From: an uncultured archaeon
GTDB taxonomy: Archaea; Iainarchaeota; Iainarchaeia; Iainarchaeales; DTGL01
Direction of reading: 5' to 3'
Assembly: GCA_964551725.1 (NCBI GenBank)
Contig: CAZKED010000010.1
Span: 1-37,346 of the forward strand
Length of the DNA stretch: 37,346 nt
This document shows positions 18,076 to 26,628 of the stretch, one piece after another. A model generated the notes under the pieces. It did no database searches. It was not told the origin of the DNA and saw only the letters and a program-made list of their open reading frames with translations. The first letter of the stretch is position 1. Each line of letters starts with the position of its first letter. The position numbers and the translations under genes are program-made.

Positions 18076-19201
18076 CTCTCATTGCTTCAATCGGGTCCAG
18101 GCCCGCAGCCCTCTTCGCGGGATAAACGCCGGCAATGATTCCGACCGCGAGGGCGAAGGCAAATGCCTGGAGCACAAGCTCAAAGGAAACAAAGGGGTTG
18201 AGACCGAACGATTTCAGTGCTTCCGCAGCAAAAAAACCGAAAGCAATGCCCACAATCCCGCCAATCAGCCCTATGAAAAAGGACTCGTACAGAATCATTT
18301 TTATTATGTTCCAGTCCGTCCAGCCCGTGGCTTTTAACGTTCCAATCTCCTTGCTCCTCTCCATCACGCTCATCAGCATCGTGTTGATTATGCCCACGCC
18401 GGCAACAAAGCCCGAAATAGCCGCAACGAAAAACGCCACAAGCCTGAAACTACCGAGCAGGCCCCCCACCATCTCCGACATTTCAGAAGTGCTGAACGCG
18501 TCCACCTCGTCCCCCAGCTTGAATTCAATGACTTTCGCTATTTCCTTGTCCTGATCCGGATTCCTGAGTTCAACAAAAAAATCGCTTACCTTGCCAGAAC
18601 CGAAAGCCGAAATTTCCCTCGCATCCTCAATGCTCATAAAAAAAGCATCGTAAAGGCTAGACTCGGCTTCGTAAATTCCTTTCACCCTGAAATTCTTGCC
18701 GTCCAGCTTCAGGGTTGTCCCCAAAAACTTGGAATGGTCCTCCGAGAACTTCTTGCTTATAAGCACATAGCCGGTGTCGCCGGGTCTCAGCATTTCCCCC
18801 CTGTATATTTCACCTATGATTATGTTGTTGTTCAGCTTTGTGTAAGCGGTGAGGTCCGCTCCATAAATTATCTGAGATATGGAGAAGTTCTCACCCGACG
18901 CTTTCCCGTCAATCGTTTTAGGAAGCAGCCATATTTCCTTAACAACCGTGCGAACGCCGCGCACGGATTCCAGATCGTTCTGAAGGGAAGCGTCCAGTTC
19001 CGACAGGGTCTGGTCAATGGTGTTCTTTTCCATCACCATTATGCCCTGGTAGCTGGCAACAATGTCGTTTATTTCTTTGTACACGCCGTCGACCACGGAA
19101 ACGATGGCAATAATAGCCATTACGCCTATGACTATCCCGACCACGCCGAGAAAGGTGCGGGACTTTCTCCTAAAAAGGTTCAGAAAGGATAACTTAATCA
19201 T
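18068..19201 (-). CDS. Second ABC transporter permease, MacB/LolC family
   Basis: Paralog of 16207..17355 with the same motifs. Confidence 0.92.
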   Translation of the reverse strand: MIKLSFLNLFRRKSRTFLGVVGIVIGVMAIIAIVSVVDGVYKEINDIVASYQGIMVMEKNTIDQTLSELDASLQNDLESVRGVRTVVKEIWLLPKTIDGKASGENFSISQIIYGADLTAYTKLNNNIIIGEIYRGEMLRPGDTGYVLISKKFSEDHSKFLGTTLKLDGKNFRVKGIYEAESSLYDAFFMSIEDAREISAFGSGKVSDFFVELRNPDQDKEIAKVIEFKLGDEVDAFSTSEMSEMVGGLLGSFRLVAFFVAAISGFVAGVGIINTMLMSVMERSKEIGTLKATGWTDWNIIKMILYESFFIGLIGGIVGIAFGFFAAEALKSFGLNPFVSFELVLQAFAFALAVGIIAGVYPAKRAAGLDPIEAMRGV

Positions 19202-19213
19202 CGTAATTCTCGC

Positions 19214-20431
19214 TTACATTTTCCTCATGGCAAGCTGCCTGAAAACCATTTTAATCAAGAAATACAGTATCACGAGAATTATTATCACAAGCACCAGCAA
19301 TCCTATCGGGGATTCGGGCGGAACCTCGTTCACGTAAACCGAAAACTCGTTTTCCATCAACTGCTTTGAGTCAAATTCGTCCAGGTATTCAACCACTATT
19401 TTGATTTGGTGGTCTCCCGGCTGCGCGTCAGCCAGAACCTGCAGGTCGAAAAGCGCGGTGCCCGAGTCGTCCTCATCAATGTTCCCCACATAGGATTCTT
19501 TTGCCCCGACCAGTGATTCATCCGTTTCAATTATCACTTCCACTGCCTTTGCTTTCTCTTCGCCAATGTTGTCCAGCTGCACCGACAGGGAAAACATGCT
19601 GCCCTGAAATATCTTTTTAACAGTTGAACCCGTGACAGAGTAATCAATTCCGGAAAAAATGGGCTCGGGCCTTCCGAAAACGCGGAATGAAAACTTTTCA
19701 ATCTCGCGCAAACCGCAGTCCAGGCAGTTGGCATCCAGCTGGAAGGAATAAACCCCAGGCGTTACTTTTTCCGTGGGCATTAACTGGAACAAAACCTCCC
19801 TCGAATCTGCGGGGGAAATGCTGCCAAGAGACTGCACTGCATCCGACAGAACGATGAAATTCCCGAAATCGCTCGAGGAAACCTTGGAAATTTCCGATGT
19901 CACGTTTCTGGCCTCAAGGGAACCGGCGTTCTCAATAAACGCCCTGACTGTGACAACGTCCCCCTGGTGCGGCGAATAATCCGAAAGGCTTACATCCCTT
20001 ACATTGAGTCTCTGTATGTCCGAAACCGCGAGGTCAATGTATTCCGTCTGCGTGACTAATTTTCCGTCCCTGTAATATTCCATTCTCAGGGAAAGCTTGT
20101 AGGTTCCGGACCGGATGCTTTCTCCAGTTTTCAGACTGAACAAAAGCGTTTTCTGGGCCTTTGACTCTATGCGCTCTTCGAAAGAACTGGTCTTGACCGG
20201 GGACATGCCCTCGCTCAAAAGAAGCGTAAAATTGACATCTTCCGCCGCCGCACTGTAGGAATTGTTCTTCACAGTGACGGTAACGTTCACCTCTCCCCCG
20301 GGATACACTGTACTGGGGGAAATGGAACTCGACTGCACCGAAAGAACGTAATAAACATCGTACGTTTGCGCAATCGCCCCCGGAACAATAAACAGAAAAA
20401 GCAATAAAGCCAAAAACCCTGAAAACCTCAT
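19214..20431 (-). CDS. COG1361 S-layer-family protein (repeated Ig/CARDB-like domains, C-terminal TM)
   Basis: Signal peptide, repeated N.G...A..V, LGSI.P and PG.Y motifs, C-terminal TM; typical position upstream of an archaeal MacB-type ABC. ATG 20431 after GAGGTG. Confidence 0.8.
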   Translation of the reverse strand: MRFSGFLALLLFLFIVPGAIAQTYDVYYVLSVQSSSISPSTVYPGGEVNVTVTVKNNSYSAAAEDVNFTLLLSEGMSPVKTSSFEERIESKAQKTLLFSLKTGESIRSGTYKLSLRMEYYRDGKLVTQTEYIDLAVSDIQRLNVRDVSLSDYSPHQGDVVTVRAFIENAGSLEARNVTSEISKVSSSDFGNFIVLSDAVQSLGSISPADSREVLFQLMPTEKVTPGVYSFQLDANCLDCGLREIEKFSFRVFGRPEPIFSGIDYSVTGSTVKKIFQGSMFSLSVQLDNIGEEKAKAVEVIIETDESLVGAKESYVGNIDEDDSGTALFDLQVLADAQPGDHQIKIVVEYLDEFDSKQLMENEFSVYVNEVPPESPIGLLVLVIIILVILYFLIKMVFRQLAMRKM

Positions 20432-20533
20432 ATTAAAAAACACCTCGTTGTCATAAAAAGGCAAAAATAAGCCAGACGGTAAAAATAAGGAAAAGGAAAA
20501 TTAAAAAAAGGTTTGCTTCTGCCCCAAGAAGCC

Positions 20534-22873
20534 CTATGCCCTTTTCCTGAGCACAAACCACACCGCAAAGAACACCAGCAGAACCAGTGCAGGATGCGTT
20601 TCCGGCACGTTCTCCCATCCAGTGAAACTCTTAAAAGTGGAAAAGTAGGCGCCGTCCTGGCACACATTGCAGTAAGGGCACTTTAAATTCGCAACAGCGC
20701 GGTAACTGCCGGACTCGGAAACGACAAAATCGTGCTCAAAAGGAAGGCAGTCATTCTCAAAAGGCGGTATTCCGGCAACCTCCTGCTGAGTGATACCATC
20801 CACAATCTTAACCTCCACCCTCGGCGGATCGCAGCCCGGGAAACCGGGAATGCCGCCAGTGCACTCAACCCTGACCGTGGAAGTGCCTGTGCCCGTCGCA
20901 TCCAGAACAGCATCGGTTGCGGAAACGGAAACAATGCTGGGAACATCCAAAGAACCGGGAGGAGCGCTCCCCACATTAACCGTTTTCAAGACAAAATCAG
21001 TCATCCCGAGGTCATCGGACACCTCAAGGGAAGCATTGTAATTTCCAGCGGAAACAAACAAGTGCGGGAAAACGGGGTAAGCGGGATTGCTGTAAGAAGT
21101 GCCCCCGACATTCCACTCCCTCGAAACAATGCTTCCGTCGAAATCAAAGGAAAGGTCAGTAAACTGCACGACCTGTAACGCAACCGGCTCCGAAGGAGAA
21201 TAAGAAAATGCCGCAACCGGCGGAGTGTTGTTCGTGGGCTGTCCCACAAAAACCCTTTTCTGGATTGAACTCGAATGCGTGCCGTCGGAAACATTCAGCA
21301 TAACATCAAAATAACCCCTTCCGCCATCATCAAAAAACACGTGCTCGGGATTCCGCACACTGCTCGTGTTGTCCGCACCCGAAGCCGGATCGCCGAAATT
21401 CCAGGAATAGCTCAGGCAGGTAATTCCGCAATCCAGGTCATAGGAACTGTTGACAAACTGCACAACAGTCTCATTCAGTTCAACATAATAAGGATACCAA
21501 TTGAAAGAAGCGACAGGCGGTCTGTCAGTGCCGGGCAGCCAGAGCACGGTTACAGTCGCGTGGCCCTGCTTGCCGTTCGCGGTCACAACCAATACAACGT
21601 CATGCGAGCCCTCTCCAAAAAGATGGGAAACACTCTGACCCGAAGCATCAAACGTTCCGTCACTGTCAAAATCCCACTCCCAAGAAGAAATTGTGTCGCC
21701 GTCGGGGTCATACGAGTGCGAGCCGTCAAAAGAAAAAGTCGGTCCGCCGCCGGAAACCCCGATAACCGCAACGGGCGGAGAATCGACGGGAAAGGGGCTC
21801 TGCACCGAAACCTGCTTTGTCTCGTCATCGGTGTCAGCGCCGTCATCAACAGTCAGCTCGACATCATACGTTCCTGCCTGATAAAAAACATGCAGGGGAT
21901 CGGAATCGGTTTCGGGGGGAGTGCCGTCATCAAAATTCCAGGAATGAGTCAACGGGTTCGGTCCGTCAGAATCACTGGACATGTCAGTGAACTGAGCCCC
22001 CTGCCCCGCACTGGGCGGCTTGGGCGACCAGTCAAAGTCCGCATCAGGCGGCTGGTTGCTGGGAGATGGGCTTGGGCTGGGGGGAGGGCTTGGCGACGGG
22101 CTCGGTGATAGAGAGGGGCTCGGAGAAGGACTCGGTGACGGACTCGGGGATGGTGAGGGCGAAGGGCTCGGACTTGGAGAGGGAGGAGGACTCGGGGAGG
22201 GGCTCGGAGAAGGACTCGGGGAGGGGCTCGGAGAAGGACTCGGGGATGGGGAAGGACAGGCACCACAATAAATCTGCGTTCCACAACCATTATCAGTCCA
22301 ACCACAAGAAACACCCAACTGAGCACAAGTCTTAGGAGTACAACAAGGACCACAATAAATCTGCCCACCACAACCATCAGGAACCCAGTCGCAATCAGAA
22401 GGAGAACAAGTATTGGGAGAACAGGCAGGCGCAACGTTTACTGAAATCGGAGAAGCGGTCCTATTCCCTGGAATTACACAACAATCGCAAACACAGGGCC
22501 AAAGCTGTCCATTGCACCACTTAATTCCAACCTTAAAAGACCAAGTTCCTGGCTCGGAAAAAGTATAATGCTGGGTTTGGTCTCCGCCGGTCTGCCAGAC
22601 CCCATGATATGAAGAATCGCTGGGCTTTTTATAATCCCACCTAATAGCCCCCTCATACGCCCCCCCTCCGCAGGGGAGATTGTAAACACCGCTAGGGGAA
22701 ACTGTCAGGGAAATGCTGTCACCCACCTCCGGATTGCTAGGATAATTGTAGTTTACTGTATACGTTGTCCCTTCAATGGTTCCAATCGTCTTCGAGCCGC
22801 CTGCCCCAAAAGCAACGGGAAAAAGCAAAAGCGAAAAAACCAAAAAAAGCAATGCATGTGCAATCCTTCTCAT
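20534..22873 (-). CDS. PKD-domain cell-surface protein with Cys-rich repeats, Pro-Ser linker and PETHP C-terminal sorting-like signal
   Basis: Signal peptide; four PKD-like domains (PP.A.F, WNFDDG / WDFD.DG / WNFGD, H.F...G.Y.V.L.V.D); ends VPETHP + TM + RKR. Confidence 0.9.
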   Translation of the reverse strand: MRRIAHALLFLVFSLLLFPVAFGAGGSKTIGTIEGTTYTVNYNYPSNPEVGDSISLTVSPSGVYNLPCGGGAYEGAIRWDYKKPSDSSYHGVWQTGGDQTQHYTFSEPGTWSFKVGIKWCNGQLWPCVCDCCVIPGNRTASPISVNVAPACSPNTCSPSDCDWVPDGCGGQIYCGPCCTPKTCAQLGVSCGWTDNGCGTQIYCGACPSPSPSPSPSPSPSPSPSPSPSPPPSPSPSPSPSPSPSPSPSPSPSPSLSPSPSPSPPPSPSPSPSNQPPDADFDWSPKPPSAGQGAQFTDMSSDSDGPNPLTHSWNFDDGTPPETDSDPLHVFYQAGTYDVELTVDDGADTDDETKQVSVQSPFPVDSPPVAVIGVSGGGPTFSFDGSHSYDPDGDTISSWEWDFDSDGTFDASGQSVSHLFGEGSHDVVLVVTANGKQGHATVTVLWLPGTDRPPVASFNWYPYYVELNETVVQFVNSSYDLDCGITCLSYSWNFGDPASGADNTSSVRNPEHVFFDDGGRGYFDVMLNVSDGTHSSSIQKRVFVGQPTNNTPPVAAFSYSPSEPVALQVVQFTDLSFDFDGSIVSREWNVGGTSYSNPAYPVFPHLFVSAGNYNASLEVSDDLGMTDFVLKTVNVGSAPPGSLDVPSIVSVSATDAVLDATGTGTSTVRVECTGGIPGFPGCDPPRVEVKIVDGITQQEVAGIPPFENDCLPFEHDFVVSESGSYRAVANLKCPYCNVCQDGAYFSTFKSFTGWENVPETHPALVLLVFFAVWFVLRKRA
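22058..22255 (-). repeat. Pro-Ser (PS)n coding repeat, 66 codons, containing an exact 24-bp tandem at 22188-22235
   Basis: ggactcggggaggggctcggagaa x2 plus degenerate copies. Confidence 0.9.
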
Positions 22874-23316
22874 TTTATGTCCTCCTTTTTTCCAACCAGC
22901 AGCAGCACTGAAAGGAAAACGAAAAGCACTGCCAGGGGATGGGTTTCCGGCGCGGGAATGGTTACGAAGCTCAAGCCGACGAAAAAGTAGTCCGAGTCAG
23001 AGCACACGTTGCAGCCCCCCGGGGGCACCGGGTCAATTTCCGCCACCGCGCGATAGGTTCCGAAGCCGAGGTTGTTGAAGGTGAAATTCCCGCACTGCGC
23101 GGACTGCTCGGAAACAACCTGCTGGGTGAACGCGTCCCTTACCTGAACTTTCACGTTCACACCCGGGTCCGAGCAATTAAGCCTGACAACAACCGGCTGC
23201 GTGGCGGGGGAATCGGTTGCTTCAATTGAAACGATTGAAATGCTCTGCGAAAAAGCGGGAACTGCAAAAAGCAAAAGGAAAAAGAACACAAAAAGCGCTC
23301 TGCGTGCGAGAAACAT
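22870..23316 (-). CDS. Small secreted Ig-like protein with PETHP C-terminal sorting-like signal
   Basis: Signal peptide (AFS/Q); domain homologous to the last domain of the PKD protein; ends APETHP + TM + KK. Confidence 0.85.
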   Translation of the reverse strand: MFLARRALFVFFFLLLFAVPAFSQSISIVSIEATDSPATQPVVVRLNCSDPGVNVKVQVRDAFTQQVVSEQSAQCGNFTFNNLGFGTYRAVAEIDPVPPGGCNVCSDSDYFFVGLSFVTIPAPETHPLAVLFVFLSVLLLVGKKEDIK

Positions 23317-23400
23317 TTTAAACCCCTTGAAGCAATGCTGATATAAAAAGGGGTTTTTCCTATTAAAACCTTTCCATTGCCCTCTTTGCTGTGGAACTGC

Positions 23401-23952
23401 TCATCCTAATTCGACCAGGGCCTGCTCCGAGGACTTGAATTTTGCCCCCGCTTTCTCCATTTCCTTTTTTGCTTCCTTTCCGGTTTCCTTTGAAACAGGC
23501 TTTATTCCGTCAATTACAACGTTTACCTTAAAGCCGAGCTTTAAAGCGGTTAAAGAAGTGAATTTAATGCAGTAATCCGTGGCAAGCCCGCACAAATAAA
23601 CCCTCTTAACCCCCTTTTTGCTGAGTTTCTCCCCGAGTTTTGTTCCACTGAATTTATCGTATTCCGTGTTCTTAATTATTTCCACGTTGGATTCCTTGGG
23701 TGAAAGCTCTTCCACTATTTCTGCTCCCTTCGTGTTCCTAACAGCGTGCCTTGGCCAGCCGTCCCGCTCAAATTCCGGGTCATCGGGCGAATGCCAGTCC
23801 ATTGTGAAAAAGACAGGAATGCCCTTCTCAGAGGCTTTTTCAAGCAACGATTCAATTACAGGCAAGGTTTCCCCGCCGCCTTCAACTGACAAAGCGCCGT
23901 TTTTTCTCACGAAATCATTCTGCATATCCACAACAATCAAAGCGCTTTTCAT
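23401..23952 (-). CDS. pncA: Nicotinamidase (isochorismatase family)
   Basis: VVDMQNDF...GAL, DWH, WP.H, CGLATDYC; adjacent to pncB. Confidence 0.88.
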   Translation of the reverse strand: MKSALIVVDMQNDFVRKNGALSVEGGGETLPVIESLLEKASEKGIPVFFTMDWHSPDDPEFERDGWPRHAVRNTKGAEIVEELSPKESNVEIIKNTEYDKFSGTKLGEKLSKKGVKRVYLCGLATDYCIKFTSLTALKLGFKVNVVIDGIKPVSKETGKEAKKEMEKAGAKFKSSEQALVELG

Positions 23953-24036
23953 TTTTCCACCAAAAAGGCAAAATGGTAAGTGTAGTATTATGACCGTTTA
24001 ATTTATAGGGCTTTCCCCGCGCTCCGCGGGGCAAAA

Positions 24037-25077
24037 TTAAAATTCCGCTTTTTCCAAGCGCGGGTTTTCCCTCGGCGGTCTGCCTGCCTTAAAGCAGGGC
24101 TTTCCCTCTTTCTCCACTATGTCCGCGGTGGCAAACCTGAAATCAAAGACTGAACCGGTGCCGATTGCGTCAAAGAATTTTCCGTATTTCTTCTCCGCCC
24201 GCACGAACTCGCGCACTTTTTCCGCATTGAAGCCCGAGGAAAGGAAAATTTTGACACGCGAATGCCCCTTTGCATCAAGCTCCCGGCGCACCTTTCTCGC
24301 CAGTTCAACCGTTACGCCCTTTCCGTGCGCTGTTCCCTCGCCGCGGTTTTCTCCGCAGGTGTCAATTCTCACGCCGTACAGCTTTTCACCGAGCGCTTCG
24401 GCAGCGCGCAGCGAATCCGTGACCTCTTTGTTGAATGTATCAATTAACGCTATAACCTTCGCTTCCCGGGAAAATGCTGTGGAGAATGCCTCCGCGGCTT
24501 CAAGCGTGTCGCCGTAAACAAGAACCAAGGCGTGCGGAATCGTTCCCATCCCCCTGCCCCCGAACTCCGACGCGCCGATGTCCGTGCTTGTGCCCTTTGC
24601 ACCGCCGACCCATGCAGCGTAACCCAGCTCGCGCGCTGAATCAAAGCGCCAGTGCCTTGCACCGAAATAGAATACCTCCTTATCAGCTGCAGCGGAACAG
24701 ATTTCATTCATTGCCGAGGCAATTGTGGTGCCTGCACTAATTACGCCGAGAAGCATTGTTTCCATTTCAATCAGGTCGAGCACCGGCCCTTCAAGTGTCA
24801 TCACGGTTTCCTTTGCTTCGTAGGGCATGCCGTCATAGAGGGCGCGGATTTCAACTTCTTCGGGGTTGGACGCATACCTGCGCACTATAGCAATCGCTTC
24901 ATCAATTCCGCATACAATGCCTTTCCCGCCCTGAATGAACACCTGGTATTTAACGCGCGGATTCAGCCCCCCGCGCTTCAGAATTTCCGCGGAACGAAGA
25001 AAATACTTGTCAGCGTAAGGTCTGTGGTTTTCGGGGAGGGCGAATTCAGTCCTCCGCGGCTTTATAACGCGCGCCAT
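24037..25077 (-). CDS. pncB: Nicotinate phosphoribosyltransferase
   Basis: ADKYFLR, FGARH, GTIPHAL (phospho-His), ALIDTF, GVRIDT, IFLSSG. ATG 25077 after AGGTGA. Confidence 0.88.
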   Translation of the reverse strand: MARVIKPRRTEFALPENHRPYADKYFLRSAEILKRGGLNPRVKYQVFIQGGKGIVCGIDEAIAIVRRYASNPEEVEIRALYDGMPYEAKETVMTLEGPVLDLIEMETMLLGVISAGTTIASAMNEICSAAADKEVFYFGARHWRFDSARELGYAAWVGGAKGTSTDIGASEFGGRGMGTIPHALVLVYGDTLEAAEAFSTAFSREAKVIALIDTFNKEVTDSLRAAEALGEKLYGVRIDTCGENRGEGTAHGKGVTVELARKVRRELDAKGHSRVKIFLSSGFNAEKVREFVRAEKKYGKFFDAIGTGSVFDFRFATADIVEKEGKPCFKAGRPPRENPRLEKAEF

Positions 25078-25127
25078 GCTTTTCACCTTTGATAAAAATA
25101 GTGGAAAGCGAATTTATTAAAAAAGAA

Positions 25128-25310
25128 TTATTCCTTTCCATCCGCGCTTTCGGAAAGGAGGTATACCCCACGGCAATGCCTGCAGGGCGCGCCGTGGAGG
25201 GAGCAGTCCGAAACGCAGCATTCGTGGTGCACCAAACCGCGCTTGTGCGAGCACATGACCATTTTTTCCGCGTTTTCGAGAAGTTCTCCGCAGTGCCTGC
25301 ACCTGTGCAA
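25128..25310 (-). CDS. Small Cys/His-rich zinc-finger-like protein
   Basis: CRHC...CSH...HHECC..DC..H..PCRHC. TTG 25310 (or 25313) after GGTG, with TTTATTA boxes upstream. Confidence 0.6.
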   Translation of the reverse strand: MHRCRHCGELLENAEKMVMCSHKRGLVHHECCVSDCSLHGAPCRHCRGVYLLSESADGKE

Positions 25311-25414
25311 CAAAAACACCAGCCAACCAAACCAATATAATAAAAGGGAAAAGAGCATTAATAAACCTTTGCCCTTTTTGTTTCCGGAAACTTTTCCCTG
25401 CACGGGTTCCCGCA

Positions 25415-25750
25415 TCAAGCCGTGTGCTTTCCGGGCACGCTGCTCGGCGATTGCAGTGCCGAAGCCACGACAACCATTGCAGCCCATATTGCAGTGCATG
25501 CAAGCAGCATGCCTAAACCCACAGTGGATATTTCCTGGAGCATTACTGCGGTGTCGGCTGCACTGCCCATTGCCGTCAGGAAAGGGGGGTATGGCACGAT
25601 TTCGCCGTGGGCAACATGCTCGAGGGCAAGCCCGATGGAACCGCCCCATACAAGCAGGTTGAACCAGTTAATGTGGTATTTTTCCGGTATCTTTTTCCTG
25701 AAAATTGTCGTAATTATTCCTGCAGCCATCGGCGCTGAAAAACAAGCCAT
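25415..25750 (-). CDS. Small 3-TM membrane protein B (MACF..., WGGS.GLALEHV.HGEI.PYPPFLTAM), candidate Ni/Co transport subunit
   Basis: ATG 25750 after GAGGTGA, 4 nt downstream of the partner gene; divergent from nikR. Confidence 0.8.
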   Translation of the reverse strand: MACFSAPMAAGIITTIFRKKIPEKYHINWFNLLVWGGSIGLALEHVAHGEIVPYPPFLTAMGSAADTAVMLQEISTVGLGMLLACTAIWAAMVVVASALQSPSSVPGKHTA

Positions 25751-25754
25751 TTTT

Positions 25755-26042
25755 TCACCTCGCGAGTTCTCCTTTGACTTTCGATATTGCCAGGGGAATC
25801 TCCCAGGCAACGATTATGGGCAAAAGCATTGCTATGCCGAGTATTAAACCGCTTCCGATAAGACCGTCGGTTTCCATTTCAATAAAAGAGCCGCCTTCAT
25901 AGCCCAGCACGTGGTCCACGAGAACCATTATGGACAAACCCCAGAGCATCAGGGCAAGGAAACCCAGCCTGTATTTTTTGCCTGCGAAAATCCATGCCGC
26001 AGTTGCGATTACCGCCGCTGCAAAGGACGTAACCAACCACAT
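25755..26042 (-). CDS. Small 3-TM membrane protein A (MWL..., LMLWGLSIMVLVDHV), candidate Ni/Co transport subunit
   Basis: Start refined to ATG 26042 (track ORF runs antisense into nikR); paralog of the downstream gene. Confidence 0.8.
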   Translation of the reverse strand: MWLVTSFAAAVIATAAWIFAGKKYRLGFLALMLWGLSIMVLVDHVLGYEGGSFIEMETDGLIGSGLILGIAMLLPIIVAWEIPLAISKVKGELAR

Positions 26043-26086
26043 GCCAATCCCCCCATAAAATCCTGCAGTACAATGCAACAGCCAAG

Positions 26087-26113
26087 GTATTAAAAAACTA
26101 ATATTCGTAATAC
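26087..26113. promoter_or_regulatory. NikR-type operator GTATTA-N15-TAATAC
   Basis: Perfect 6-bp inverted repeat in the 103-bp gap between nikR and the membrane pair; resembles E. coli GTATGA-N16-TCATAC; overlaps the minus-strand TTTAATA box. Confidence 0.75.
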
Positions 26114-26145
26114 TTTTACCGGTTTGCTGTAATAAGGGTTCCCGA

Positions 26146-26550
26146 ATGGAAAAAGTGAAAAGAATCTCCGCATCAATTCCGAGCGAACTGCTCGCGGATT
26201 TCGAAGCCCTTTTAAGGGAAAACGCGATGCCGAGCAGGAGCAAGGCAATCGCGGATGCAATGAGGGACTTCATCGCAAAACGCAAATGGAAAGAGGAAAA
26301 AGGGGTCAAGGCAGGAGTAATCGCCATACTGTTCAACCACACCGTGCGCGGCACAACGGAAAAAGTCACTGACGTGCAGCACCTGTTCCATCACGAAATA
26401 AACTCTAACACGCACTTGCACCTCGACGAAAAAAACTGCATGGAAGTGATAATCGTGAAAGGCAGCGCAAAAAAAATCAACTCACTGGCGTCAAAACTTC
26501 AGGCGTTACGCGGGGTAAACCAGGCAAAGCTCATAAAAGTCACCCTGTAA
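26146..26550 (+). CDS. nikR: Nickel-responsive transcriptional regulator NikR
   Basis: RHH domain RISASIP...SRSKAI.DA.RD; Ni ligands in QH, THLHLD...C.EVI.VKG. Confidence 0.95.
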   Translation: MEKVKRISASIPSELLADFEALLRENAMPSRSKAIADAMRDFIAKRKWKEEKGVKAGVIAILFNHTVRGTTEKVTDVQHLFHHEINSNTHLHLDEKNCMEVIIVKGSAKKINSLASKLQALRGVNQAKLIKVTL

Positions 26551-26628
26551 AAAAAGGGAAAAAGGCGGATTTTAAAAAAACAAGCACTGCATTATTACTA
26601 TTACTTAACCCACCTAACCCAGCGCATT

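Noticed and set aside
22058-22255. Possible CRISPR array or non-coding repeat
   Set aside because: No unique spacers; the repeat is in frame and encodes the Pro-Ser linker.
23401-25077. pncA/pncB as an anti-phage or NAD-reconstitution system
   Set aside because: Ordinary Preiss-Handler NAD salvage pair with no defence or viral genes adjacent.
25128-25649. 173-aa Cys/His-rich track ORF as one protein
   Set aside because: Its 5' part overlaps the 25415..25750 gene in another frame and crosses TATA-like elements; only the last about 60 codons are retained.
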